Of a DNA stretch of 64,000 bases, positions 25,401 to 39,045 are shown in pieces. Made by a program: the position numbers and the translations under genes. The notes beneath the pieces are model-generated. The model ran no database searches. It was not told the origin of the DNA and saw nothing but the letters and a program-made list of their open reading frames with translations. Source of the DNA: Amphiscolops sp. MND2022 (lineage: Eukaryota); NCBI GenBank assembly GCA_964187785.1, contig OZ076409.1, positions 67,024,001-67,088,000 of the forward strand, in the 5' to 3' direction. Every line of letters starts with the position of its first letter. Positions within the stretch are counted from its first letter, which is position 1.

Positions 25401-28400
25401 CTACCTCCAAATTTCTGACAGTATTGAGACAAATCTTTGAGATATTTTAACATCCGTTTTGTTTCAAACTATCAAACCAATTAGTGGCAGGACCTCCCTT
25501 TCGAGACATTTGAAAAATTTCGAAAAGAGTCCCACAGTGCCGGTAAACAATCGATAGGGGACCCTTTAGTGTCGTTCGGTTTTGTTTGTTACGTTAAAAA
25601 AATGAGAGGGGGCCTTTTGCAGTATCTTAGATGCGTTTTTGGTGGCCAGACTTGGCCTGTACAGTAGTTCAGTAGTTTTAGAAGTTCCTGTAAAAAGTGT
25701 CTACTACGCATACATCCTGTTATCTGACTAAAAAACTAGTCACTGTAAAAGTCGGGCTTTTTTCTTTAAGGGAAAATGCGCCGACTAAAAAACCTGCCCC
25801 TGCAATATTCGCGCTCATTTTCTTAGAATTCGCCGACCAAAAACTGACATATTCCGACTTAAAATGTTTACCAAAAAAATACGGAAACTTTCACACTACA
25901 ATAGTTATTGCCGATCTAAAAACTAGTTCGTGCACTTACTCAGTTCACGGTAATTTGAAAAACTTCTTCGCTGTTTTCAACTTCGCAAGATCCAGTGTAA
26001 TTCGGATTTAGGCCACTTTTATTGTTTATGATATAACAAACAAGACGGGAACGTCTAAAGTCAGCGCGATATCTAAGGCTCAAAAAGCGGAAAGTTTTTA
26101 AAATTGTAAAAGGGGGACCTTTACGACTTTTGGAAAATCCTGTTTATTGCAATTTTTTTTTAAAAAAATGAAGGGGGACCTTTTGGCGACAAAAAAAATC
26201 AAAAAAAGTCGCACATTGCCGAAAAAATCAAAGGGAGGACCCTGTAGTCCCGTCCGGTTTTGTATCTTACGTTAAAAAGTGAGTACACGAAAGGGGGGAG
26301 CCTTTGCACTAACTTAGATGCGTTTCCGCTTGTCGGTCCAGTAGTTCAGTAGTTCTGTAAAAAAAGTGTCCACTACGCATACATTCTTTAGTCTGACGAA
26401 ATAAACTTGCAACTGTAATAGTCGGGCTCATTTTGTTAAAATGCGCCGACTAAAAAAGGTAACATAAATGATCAACTGAAAACATTACGAGAATTCTACA
26501 CTGATTATCGTCAAACTTGCCTCATTTCCTTCTTTCCTATCAAAGTGATCTACAATCTTCATTTACCATTTGAAAGCTGAATCAAAGCTTTTTCGAGCCC
26601 AAAGACCGCATAGTGACAAAAGCTGTGAAACAAGAATTCAGGATTTCGAATGATCAAGAATTTTTCAATGAATGCAAACCTAGACTAGGTCAAACGGTTT
26701 TTCCTTTGGGTTTTGTTTGGCACTCTGAGGAGAATTTTTGGATGTTTTCAGCATGAATAACTCCTTTGCGAACCCAAACGGTGTTGCTTTTTGGTAGGGA
26801 ACGATATTTCGAGCCCCAACGTTCCATCTTTGAATTTTTCGAATGGTGCTACCATTGACAAAAATTTCGCGTTTTTGAAAAAAAATGCGGTTATATGATC
26901 TTTATTCGGACAAAGAATTTTTCAGTTGGCGGCACCGTGAACATTTCTCCGAAAAGTTTTTTGATCCCGTGGAAATGATGAGTTTTCTCAATGATTGTGG
27001 AAAAAACCTACTGTTTTTTTCGACACTGTGCGATTTTTTCCATACAATTTTAATTTGGTTAAAGGGTACCAAAGCGTTTGGGGAGCTTAAAGATTCTTTT
27101 TCGGTACTATTAGACTTTTGCCCGAAAAAAGTTTTCTCGAACAAAATATATGTGAAATAAATTCGGTTTTTTGATGTTTCAAGATTGTGAATGTCAAATT
27201 TTTGTGAATGTCAGTCTTATGCGTATCCCTTCAGGTTTTTTTCGGCACTGTAAATTTGATAAACTCTCTTTGATAAAATTGATAAAATTTGATAAAATTT
27301 GTCGCTCTTTATTAAAAAAACTTTGTTTCTTTAACCTTGAGTAGTGCGCCAATTTTGACACGAAGTGGTATTCTTACTGTTAATTTAAAACAACCTGAGA
27401 ACGACCCAAGTTGGTCCACCGCTTTTAGCTTCAACCAGCAAACTTCAAATGGCTCAAGAACAATCATTGAGAAAACTTTTATCTAAAGCGCATAGTCTGA
27501 TTTTTTTTCCAAAACGTTATGACCAGTTTTTATAAATACATATTCGTTATATCCAGAAGAGTAAATTCAAATTGGTATAATAGCAAAATTTAGATTCGAA
27601 ACTGCAATTCTTGCCTGGTAACACGCAAATAATAGGCAAAAAGGATGTTTTTGACGTTATATTCAGATTTTATCACTATACGAGTTATACTAGTAATCGC
27701 TATTTCTATAGTTCAATTTGAAAACGAAAACTTCGGGAACAGTTTACACCGATGCCCCGCTTAAGGGTCAAAAAGTGCAGAGGTACTTCAATGCGTCAGA
27801 GATTCTATTTTTGAAATATTCTGTCAGTCCCGAAAAACCCAAAAGGTTAACCCTATGGCTTGAAAGGTTTTTTCTTCTCACAAAGAGCAACGAAAACCAA
27901 GAGACAAAATCTTTTGTTCTAACAAAACTTGTCACAAAAACTTGCACAGCGCCAAAAAACCATGGGCTCTAAAATTTTTCAAAACTAAAATGATCAACAT
28001 TACGCTCGCTTATCAACGGGATATTTTCCGTCACAGACTGTTCTACAACATCATGATTTTGAGGCTCAAAAGTAAAAAATGCACTATGTGAATGCATAAA
28101 CGTTGGAAGTATTGAAAATTTCTACACATTTGGTTCAAGTTATCCATAAAAAACCTACGTTGGGAATACGCTAAGTACCGAATTTTTATTTGTTCTTGAG
28201 GTGAAAACCAGAAGGTAACCTATCAAACTTTTCTATGTTAATATACACAATAAGTCACTAAAAATTTCACAAACTGGACAAACTTGACTTTTGACATTTT
28301 TGAGACATTTCGACGCGCTTTCCAAACAGAAGAAATTGAACATATCTTTTTCAAAAAGCTTACTGAATACCGGATTGAGTCGATAGTAATTATCTAAAAA

Positions 28401-31400
28401 AACTGTATATCACGAAATAGTTCGAAAACTTCACAAAAATTTCATGGAAACGTGAAACATTTTTGAATTTTCAGGGTATTTCTGCGTTTTTTTCTAACTG
28501 CAATTTTTTAAAAAGCGTACTGCATAAGTAAATATTTCGTTTGGAACCTATGAATAATAAATAATCAACAGAAGAGAAATGTTCCTAGAAAACATTGAAT
28601 TTTGCAGTGATGCGATTTTATTCTAAGCCCGTACTGCTAGCTACATGTTTCAACGAAAAATCTTTTCTCTTCCAAAATGTACTGCTTAGTTCTTTCGCCC
28701 TTGAATGTTCTGAACCCTATGATCCATGAAAGCATGGGAAATTGTACAAAAATTGTATGAAACTGTACGTTTCACCAATTTAACTTCATTGTCATCGTTA
28801 TTACAATCTCAAAACCGGTTTTAAAATACAAACAAGAGGCACTGCGATATTTTTAAAATTTAAACTGCTAACACGCCTATTTCAAAACAAGGCGGAACAT
28901 CTAAAGTCGGCGCTATAATTAGGGCTTAAACAGCGCAAAGTTGTAAAAATATGATCACGACTTTTTTAAAGAGAAAGTCACAAAAAAGTGTCCAAACGCC
29001 AAAGGGTGCCTTTGGTGCTCGGAAAATATTTCATAAATTAAAATTCGGATATAGCGTGCCGGGGCAAATGGGATTTCTTATTTCTCCTCCTCCTCCTCCT
29101 CCTCCTCCTCCTCAGTAAAATGAAAATTACTTTGGATTTAACGTCAAACAATTGGATATAGCGCAATAGATTCGAACCTCGACCTCCTCTTTAGTGGAAC
29201 GCAACTTACGTCGGGTTTAATGTCAAAAATTTGGATAGTATTGAAAAAAGTTATTGCTGGATATTGTTTGAGAGAACTTAATTTCAGACGAAATATAAAA
29301 ATTTTCGAATTGTTTCAGTCCCGGAAAGTGTTAAAGGGTGGACCATTTGGGTTTGTTAAAACATCCAATTTTTTGAAAAATATCGTTAAAAAATGAATCG
29401 GAAACATTAGGAGATATTGAAAAACTTTTAAGAAAAGTAGCACAAAGCCAAAAAACCGAAATAGGGGCGTTTAGTCTCGTCCGGGTTTGTATGTTACGTT
29501 AAAGAAATGAAGAAACGAAAGAAGGGACCCTTTGCACTAACCTAGATGCGTTTCAACTGGCCGTTCCAAAAGTTAAGTTGTCTCTGTCGGAATTGTCCAC
29601 TACGCATAGTTATCTAAGACTCAAAAAGGTCAAAATGTTGAAAAACTGCTAAGGAGGAAGAAGAAGAAAGAAGAAAGTTCATTTCCCCAATTCCGCGGGG
29701 TGGACGCCGAATAAGCAGTTCTGCTTTTCTAAGTCGGCGCACTTTCGGATACTATCTCCCCATAGCAAGCTATGGTACCATATTTGCAGCCAAATGGTCA
29801 AGCATTGGTGAACTTGAAGCTGTGGTTTCAAAGTGACTTGCTCAAGGTCACAAAGGTCTGACCGCTCACCGTTGCTCTTTTTATTTTGCTTTTCGCCGCC
29901 AAATGCGTTATTTTTTGTCACTGGCCTTACCACTAAGCTAGAGATGAAAGACTTGCTTAAGGCCCAACAATGGTGAATTGAGAGAAATTCGAACCTGTTA
30001 CTGCCCAGTACAGATCGAATGCTCTAACCACTACGCCATGCTCCCTCATAACCACTACGCCATGCTCCCCCCACCCACTACGCAATGCTACCCCCAAGGA
30101 AATAGGAGGTTTATGAAAAACTCGCAAACAACTTTCAAATACCAAAAAGATGTCTTTCGTGCTAGGAAACCACTTCAGAATTTCGGATATAGTGTGCTGA
30201 GGCAAATACGAGCGTTTTTCATCCTACTGCTCCTCCTCTGTAATCAATTCGGATATAACTTCAAAAGTTCGGATATAGCGTGCTGAACAAATGGGAGCGC
30301 TTGTTTTCGAACCTCCGCCTCCTCTTTAGTAAAACTCACTCTAGTTCGGATATAACGTTGAAAATTCGAATAAACGCAATAGTTTCGAACCTCTACCTCC
30401 AAATTTCTGACAGTATTGAGACAAATCTTTGAGATATTTTAACATCCGTTTTGTTTCAAACTATCAAACCAATTAGTGGCAGGACCTCCCTTTCGAGACA
30501 TTTGAAAAATTTCGAAAAGAGTCCCACAGTGCCGGTAAACAATCGATAGGGGACCCTTTAGTGTCGTTCGGTTTTGTTTGTTACGTTAAAAAAATGAGAG
30601 GGGGCCTTTTGCAGTATCTTAGATGCGTTTTTGGTGGCCAGACTTGGCCTGTACAGTAGTTCAGTAGTTTTAGAAGTTCCTGTAAAAAGTGTCTACTACG
30701 CATACATCCTGTTATCTGACTAAAAAACTAGTCACTGTAAAAGTCGGGCTTTTTTCCTTAAGGGAAAATGCGCCGACTAAAAAACCTGCCCCTGCAATAT
30801 TCGCGCTCATTTTCTTAGAATTCGCCGACCAAAAACTGACATATTCCGACTTAAAATGTTTACCAAAAAAATACGAAAACTTTCACACTACAATAGTTAT
30901 TGCCGATCTAAAAACTAGTTCGTGCACTTACTCAGTTCACGGTAATTTGAAAAACTTCTTCGCTGTTTTCAACTTCGCAAGATCCAGTGTAATTCGGATT
31001 TAGGCCACTTTTTTGTTTATGATATAACAAACAAGACGGGAACGTCTAAAGTCAGCGCTATATCTAAGGCTCAAAAAGCGGAAAGTTTTTAAAATTGTAA
31101 AAGGGGGACCTTTACGACTTTTGGAAAATCCTGTTTATTGCATTTTTTTTTAAAAAAAATGAAGGGGGACCTTTTGGCGACAAAAAAAATCAAAAAAAGT
31201 CGCACATTGCCGAAAAAATCAAAGGGAGGACCCTGTAGTCTCGTCCGGTTTTGTATCTTACGTTAAAAAGTGAGTACACGAAAGGGGGGAGCCTTTGCAC
31301 TAACTTAGATGCGTTTCCGCTTGTCGGTCCAGTAGTTCAGTAGTTCTGTTAAAAAAGTGTCCACTACGCATACATTCTTTAGTCTGACGAAAAAAAAACT

Positions 31401-34400
31401 TGCAACTGTAATATTCGGGCTCATTTTGTTAAAATGCGCCGACTAAAAAAGGTAACATAAATGATCAACTGAAAACATTACGAGAATTCTACTCTGATTA
31501 TCGTCAAACTTGCCTCATTTCCTTCTTTCCTATCAAAGTGATCTACAATCTTCATTTACCATTTGAAAGCTGAATCAAAGCTTTTTCAAACCCAAAGACC
31601 GCATAGTGACAAAAGCTGTGCAACAAGAATTCAGGATTTCGAATGATCAAGAATTTTTCAATGAATGCAAACCTAGACTAGGTCAAACGGTTTTTCCTTT
31701 GGGTTTTGTTTGGCATTCTGAGGAGAATTTTTGGATGTTTTCAGCATGAATAACTCCTTTGCGAACCCAAACGGTGTTGCTTTTTGGTAGGGAATGATAT
31801 TTCGAGCCCCAACGTTCCATCTTTGAATTTTTCGAATGGTGCTACCATTGACAAAAATTTCGCGTTTTTGAAAAAAATGCGGTTATATGATCTTTATTCG
31901 GACAAAGCATTTTTTAGTCGGCGGCACCGTGAACATTTCTCCGAAAAGTTTTTTGATCCCGTGGAAATGATGAGTTTTCTCAATGATTGTGGAAAAAACC
32001 TACTGTTTTTTTCGACACTGTGCGATTTTTTCCATACAATTTTAATTTGGTTAAAGGGTACCAAAGCGTTTGGGGAGCTTAAAGATTCTTTTTCGGTACT
32101 ATTAGACTTTTGCCCGAAAAAAATTTTCTCGAACAAAATATATGTGAAATAAATTCGGTTTTTTGATGTTTCAAGTTTGTGAATGTCAATTTTTTGTGAA
32201 AGTCAGTCTTATGCGTATCCCTTCAGGTTTTTTCAGCACAGTAAATTTGATAAATTCTCTTTGATAAAATTGATAAAATTTGATAAAATTTGTCGCTCTT
32301 TATTAAAAAACTTTGTTTCTTTAACCTTGAGTAGTGCGCCAATTTTGACACGAAGTGGTATTCTTACTGTTAATTTAAAACAACTTGAGAACGACCCAAG
32401 TTGGTCCACCGCTTTTAGCTTCAACCAGCAAACTTCAAATGGCTCAAGAACAAGCATTGAGAAAACTTTTATCTAAAGCGCATAATCTGATTTTTTTTTC
32501 CAAAACGTTATGACCAGTTTTTATAAATACATATTCGTTATATCCAGAAGAGTAAATTCAAATTGGTATAATAGCAAAATTTAGATTCGAAACTGCAATT
32601 CTTGCCTGGTAACACGCAAATAATAGGCAAAAAGGATGTTTTTGACGTTATATTCAGATTTTATCACCATTCGGATATAGCGTGCCGGGGCAAATGGGAT
32701 TTCTTATTTCTCCTCCTCCTCCTCCTCCTCCTCCTCCTCCTCCTCAGTAAAATGAAAATTACTTTGGATTTAACGTCAAACAATTGGATATAGCGCAATA
32801 GATTCGAACCTCGACCTCCTCTTTAGTGGAACGCAACTTACGTCGGGTTTAATGTCAAAAATTTGGATAGTATTGAAAAAAGTTATTGCTGGATATTGTT
32901 TGAGAGAACTTAATTTCAGACGAAATATAAAAATTTTCGAATTGTTTCAGTCCCGGAAAGTGTTAAAGGGTGGACCATTTGGGTTTGTTAAAACATCCAA
33001 TTTTTTGAAAAATATCGTTAAAAAATGAATCGGAAACATTAGGAGATATTGAAAAACTTTTAAGAAAAGTAGCACAAAGCCAAAAAACCGAAATAGGGGC
33101 GTTTAATCTCGTCCGGGTTTGTATGTTACGTTAAAGAAATGAAGAAACGAAAGAAGGGACCCTTTGCACTAACCTAGATGCGTTTCAACTGGCCGTTCCA
33201 AAAGTTAAGTTGTCTCTGTCGGAATTGTCCACTACGCATAGTTATCTAAGACTCAAAAAGGTCAAAATGTTGAAAAACTGCTAAGGAGGAAGAAGAAGAA
33301 AGAAGAAAGTTCATTTCCCCAATTCCGCGGGGTGGACGCCGAATAAGCAGTTCTGCTTTTCTAAGTCGGCGCACTTTCGGATACTATCTCCCCATAGCAA
33401 GCTATGGTACCATATTTGCAGCCAAATGGTCAAGCATTGGTGAACTTGAAGCTGTGGTTTCAAAGTGACTTGCTCAAGGTCACAAAGGTCTGACCGCTCA
33501 CCGTTGCTCTTTTTATTTTGCTTTTCGCCGCCAAATGCGTTATTTTTTGTCACTGGCCTTACCACTAAGCTAGAGATGAAAGACTTGCTTAAGGCCCAAC
33601 AATGGTGAATTGAGAGAAATTCGAACCTGTTACTGCCCAGTACAGATCGAATGCTCTAACCACTACGCCATGCTCCCTCATAACCACTACGCCATGCTCC
33701 CCCCACCCACTACGCAATGCTACCCCCAAGGAAATAGGAGGTTTATGAAAAACTCGCAAACAACTTTCAAATACCAAAAAGATGTCTTTCGTGCTAGGAA
33801 ACCACTTCAGAATTTCGGATATAGTGTGCTGAGGCAAATACGAGCGTTTTTCATCCTACTGCTCCTCCTCTGTAATCAATTCGGATATAACTTCAAAAGT
33901 TCGGATATAGCGTGCTGAACAAATGGGAGCGCTTGTTTTCGAACCTCCGCCTCCTCTTTAGTAAAACTCACTCTAGTTCGGATATAACGTTGAAAATTCG
34001 AATAAACGCAATAGTTTCGAACCTCTACCTCCAAATTTCTGACAGTATTGAGACAAATCTTTGAGATATTTTAACATCCGTTTTGTTTCAAACTATCAAA
34101 CCAATTAGTGGCAGGACCTCCCTTTCGAGACATTTGAAAAATTTCGAAAAGAGTCCCACAGTGCCGGTAAACAATCGATAGGGGACCCTTTAGTGTCGTT
34201 CGGTTTTGTTTGTTACGTTAAAAAAATGAGAGGGGGCCTTTTGCAGTATCTTAGATGCGTTTTTGGTGGCCAGACTTGGCCTGTACAGTAGTTCAGTAGT
34301 TTTAAAAGTTCCTGTAAAAAGTGTCTACTACGCATACATCCTGTTATCTGACTAAAAAACTAGTCACTGTAAAAGTCGGGCTTTTTTCCTTAAGGGAAAA

Positions 34401-37016
34401 TGCGCCGACTAAAAAACCTGCCCCTGCAATATTCGCGCTCATTTTCTTAGAATTCGCCGACCAAAAACTGACATATTCCGACTTAAAATGTTTACCAAAA
34501 AAATACGAAAACTTTCACACTACAATAGTTATTGCCGATCTAAAAACTAGTTCGTGCACTTACTCAGTTCACGGTAATTTGAAAAACTTCTTCGCTGTTT
34601 TCAACTTCGCAAGATCCAGTGTAATTCGGATTTAGGCCACTTTTTTGTTTATGATATAACAAACAAGACGGGAACGTCTAAAGTCAGCGCTATATCTAAG
34701 GCTCAAAAAGCGGAAAGTTTTTAAAATTGTAAAAGGGGGACCTTTACGACTTTTGGAAAATCCTGTTTATTGCAATTTTTTTAAAAAAAAATGAAGGGGG
34801 ACCTTTTGGCGACAAAAAAAATCAAAAAAAGTCGCACATTGCCGAAAAAAACAAAGGGAGGACCCTGTAGTCCCGTCCGGTTTTGTATCTTACGTTAAAA
34901 AGTGAGTACACGAAAGGGGGGAGCCTTTGCACTAACTTAGATGCGTTTCCGCTTGTCGGTCCAGTAGTTCAGTAGTTCTGTTAAAAAAGTGTCCACTACG
35001 CATACATTCTTTAGTCTGACGAAAAAAAAACTTGCAACTGTAATATTCGGGCTCATTTTGTTAAAATGCGCCGACTAAAAAAGGTAACATAAATGATCAA
35101 CTGAAAACATTACGAGAATTCTACTCTGATTATCGTCAAACTTGCCTCATTTCCTTCTTTCCTATCAAAGTGATCTACAATCTTCATTTACCATTTGAAA
35201 GCTGAATCAAAGCTTTTTCAAACCCAAAGACCGCATAGTGACAAAAGCTGTGCAACAAGAATTCAGGATTTCGAATGATCAAGAATTTTTCAATGAATGC
35301 AAACCTAGACTAGGTCAAACGGTTTTTCCTTTGGGTTTTGTTTGGCATTCTGAGGAGAATTTTTGGATGTTTTCAGCATGAATAACTCCTTTGCGAACCC
35401 AAACGGTGTTGCTTTTTGGTAGGGAATGATATTTCGAGCCCCAACGTTCCATCTTTGAATTTTTCGAATGGTGCTACCATTGACAAAAATTTCGCGTTTT
35501 TGAAAAAAATGCGGTTATATGATCTTTATTCGGACAAAGCATTTTTTAGTCGGCGGCACCGTGAACATTTCTCCGAAAAGTTTTTTGATCCCGTGGAAAT
35601 GATGAGTTTTCTCAATGATTGTGGAAAAAACCTACTGTTTTTTTCGACACTGTGTGATTTTTTCCATACAATTTTAATTTGGTTAAAGGGTACCAAAGCG
35701 TTTGGGGAGCTTAAAGATTCTTTTTCGGTACTATTAGACTTTTGCCCGAAAAAAATTTTCTCGAACAAAATATATGTGAAATAAATTCGGTTTTTTGATG
35801 TTTCAAGTTTGTGAATGTCAATTTTTTGTGAAAGTCAGTCTTATGCGTATCCCTTCAGGTTTTTTCGGCACAGTAAATTTGATAAATTCTCTTTGATAAA
35901 ATTGATAAAATTTGATAAAATTTGTCGCTCTTTATTAAAAAACTTTGTTTCTTTAACCTTGAGTAGTGCGCCAATTTTGACACGAAGTGGTATTCTTACT
36001 GTTAATTTAAAACAACTTGAGAACGACCCAAGTTGGTCCACCGCTTTTAGCTTCAACCAGCAAACTTCAAATGGCTCAAGAACAAGCATTGAGAAAACTT
36101 TTATCTAAAGCGCATAATCTGATTTTTTTTCCAAAACGTTATGACCAGTTTTTATAAATACATATTCGTTATATCCAGAAGAGTAAATTCAAATTGGTAT
36201 AATAGCAAATTTTAGATTCGAAACTGCAATTCGTGCCTGGTAACACTCAAATAAAAGGAGAAAAGGCTGTTTTTGAAGTTATATTCAGATTTTATCACTA
36301 TATGAGTTATACTATTAATCGCTATTTCTATAGTTCAATTTGAAAACGAAAATTTCGGTGCCCCGCTTAAGGGTCAAAAAGTGCAAAAGTACTTCAATGC
36401 GTCAGAGATTCTGTTTTTGAAATATTCTGTCAGTCCCGAAAAACCCAAAAGGTAAACCATATGACTTGAAAGGTTTTTTCTTCTCACAAGGAGCAACGAA
36501 AACCAAGAGCCGAAATCTTTTGTTCTAACAAAACTTGTTACAAAAACTTGCACAGGGACAAAAAGCCATGGGCCCTAAAATTTCTAAAAAATAAAATGAT
36601 CATCAACACGCTCGCTTATCAACGGGATATTTTCCGTCACAAACTGTTCTGCAACATCATGATTTTGAGGCTCAAAAGCAAAAAAATGCACTATGAAAAT
36701 GCATAAACGTTCGGAGTATTGAAAATTTCTACACATTTGGTTCATGTTATCCATAAAAAAACTAAATTGGGAATACTCTAAGTACCGAATTCTTTTTTGT
36801 TCTTGAAGTGAAAACCAGAAGGTAACCTATCAAACTTTTCTATGTTAATATACACAATAAGTCACTAAAAAGTTCACAAACTGGACAAACTTGACTTTTT
36901 GACACTTTTGAGACATTTTGACGCGCTTTCCAAACAGAAGAAACTGAACATATCTTTTTCAAAAGGCTTACTGAATACCGGATTGAGTCGATATTGATTA
37001 TCTAAAAAACTGTAAC

Positions 37017-37375
37017 TAAAAGAAATAACATTCGGCAGTTATCTCGTCTCTTCTATTTGAAAAATAGGAAAAAGGCAACACTCTATTTCTCAATGTATTA
37101 TCGGCCCACAATGACGAAACAGTTAATCTGTACAAAATGACAAAACTGATAAATGAGCATACAGTTGTTGACAAATATTAATAAACATAACTTCGAGATA
37201 GCAAATGAGTAATGAATAGAAAAACATATTTTTTCTATTTTTGTAAGTACAAAAGATTTTCAGTTACCGGGATTCGAACCCGCGATCTACGGCTTTAGAA
37301 TATGCGCACTAACCTATTTCGCCATAGCGTCTTGTTATTGGTCAGTTCAATTTTAATCTTATTGTGAACGCAACA
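37017..37375 (-). repeat. 3' LTR of the BEL element (359 bp)
   Basis: Direct repeat of 45784-46126; on the minus strand begins TGTTGCG and ends TTCTTTTA; preceded by PPT-like GGGCCCGGAGGA (37376-37387). Confidence 0.95.
37261..37331 (-). promoter_or_regulatory. tRNA-like Pol III A/B-box module inside the BEL LTR
   Basis: GACGCTA-TGGCGAAATAGG-TTAGTGCGC...GCG-GGTTCGAATCC-CGG: A-box-like motif, consensus B box and a T-arm stem CGGG/CCCG at tRNA-like spacing. Confidence 0.65.
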
Positions 37376-37539
37376 TCCTCCGGGCCCGAGAAGATGAGAT
37401 TTTTTTTAAAACAAAAATAACTTTTTTTTGCACAAAAAGGTTTACTTACGTGGATGTTCAGATTACATGTTAAATGTTATTCGTTTCAGTGATATATGTT
37501 AAATAAATACAATCAAATTTTCGGGATCGAATAATGATA

Positions 37540-39020
37540 CTAATAGGATTCGGAATCGGGAACTGGTAGGACGGGGCATAACTTCGCAACGGGACGAACA
37601 AGACAACCGGTACTGGTCTTTACTTCAACAGAACGCGCAACGGCATCGCTGCCGAAATTCAATTTAACAACTCGACCTAGTGGATAATGTCCTCTTGGAC
37701 TCGTGGACTTTGTTCAACAAGGCAAAACGTGGTTATCAAGATCTCATCAGTTAAGCGTCTGTTCCCGAGAATTGCGTAGAAAAAGTGCTTAAAACTTCTA
37801 ACCACTCGTTCCCAGATGCCTCCATGGTGAGGGGCACTAGGTGGGTTGAACTTCCAGAGTATACGTTTCTTGACAAGTTTTTCAGATAAGACTTGTTGGT
37901 TCTACCTGGAAATGTTCTGTAGGAGTTCTTTTTCACTGGCTATAAAGTTGGTTCCGTTGTCCGACCATAAAACTGATGGGGTACCCCGGCGGGCTGTAAA
38001 CCTTTCGATTCCCATTATGCAGCTGCTAGTGTCCATGGAAGGCACAACTTCGAAGTGTACAGCTCGTGTAGTCAAACAAGTAAATGGGAATCCCCATCTT
38101 TTTTCAGTCGATCTTCTCACGGCAACGTAGAAAGGACCAAAGTAATCTACGCCAGTGTTGGTAAATGGAGGTTCTTTGAATGCAAGTCTTTCTCGTGGAA
38201 GGTCGGCCATCATCGGACTGATAGTCTCAGCTCGACGTTTGCGACAAGTTACACATCTTTGAACTATTGATCTCAAGGCGGTTCTAAGCTTGACGATGGC
38301 AAACTGTTGCTGCACCAACCCTCTCAGGTAGTCCACGCCTTGGTGACAATGAGCTCGGTGTAATTGTTCGAGGAATAAACGTGTAACTGGATGGCGACTG
38401 TCCAGTAAGACGGGATGCTTTGCGTCAAAACTAGATACATCAAGTTGTTTTGTTCTACCAGTTGCTCGAAGTAAACCGTTGGGTCCAACAAAGGGGGAGA
38501 ACTGTAAAAGTTTAGAGGATCTGCTGAGCGGGAAGTTCTTCAGCAGTAGCTTCTTTTCTATAGGGAAAAATTCCAATTGAGCCAGGTAGAAAAGCTTCAT
38601 TTGTGCGGTCTCAAGTTCACTTGGGTCTGTAATGGTACCCGTTTCGGAGCGGTAGGCCTCATTTTTTGGAATGAGACGCATCAGGTAGGCAACAACACGC
38701 AAAAGTTTCTCGAAAGAGCTATACTTATGCCACTCGAAAGTTGATGTGTTGACGTCCACATTGGAACTGAGAACAATCTCATTTTTGGGGGAAGGCTTTT
38801 CTGTACTTTGGTCGTTAAGGTCAGGTTTCAGTTTAAATTTTACCGGTTCCGATGGTTTGAACGGCCACTCGGACGTTTTCAGAAACTCCGGTCCATTTAA
38901 CCAACTGCTGCTCACTAATGATTTCGCTGACAGGCCTCGCGTGCCTGCATCTGCAGGGTTTTCGCTAGATTTTACGTAGTTCCACTCGTCGGTCGTTGTA
39001 AGGTCCAAAATCTCCGCCAC
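37540..39020 (-). pseudogene. BEL pol: end of RNase H region and integrase, frameshifted and internally deleted
   Basis: WNYVKSSENPADAGTRG; zinc-binding H..HQG..CVTC; GVDYFGP; TRAVHFE; SDNGTNF; after a frameshift HHGGIWER; jump from CLVEQ to SPRGHYPLGRV near 37710; TAG at 37540. Confidence 0.93.
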
Positions 39021-39045
39021 GCGGTTCGCAACGATGACTGGCTGC

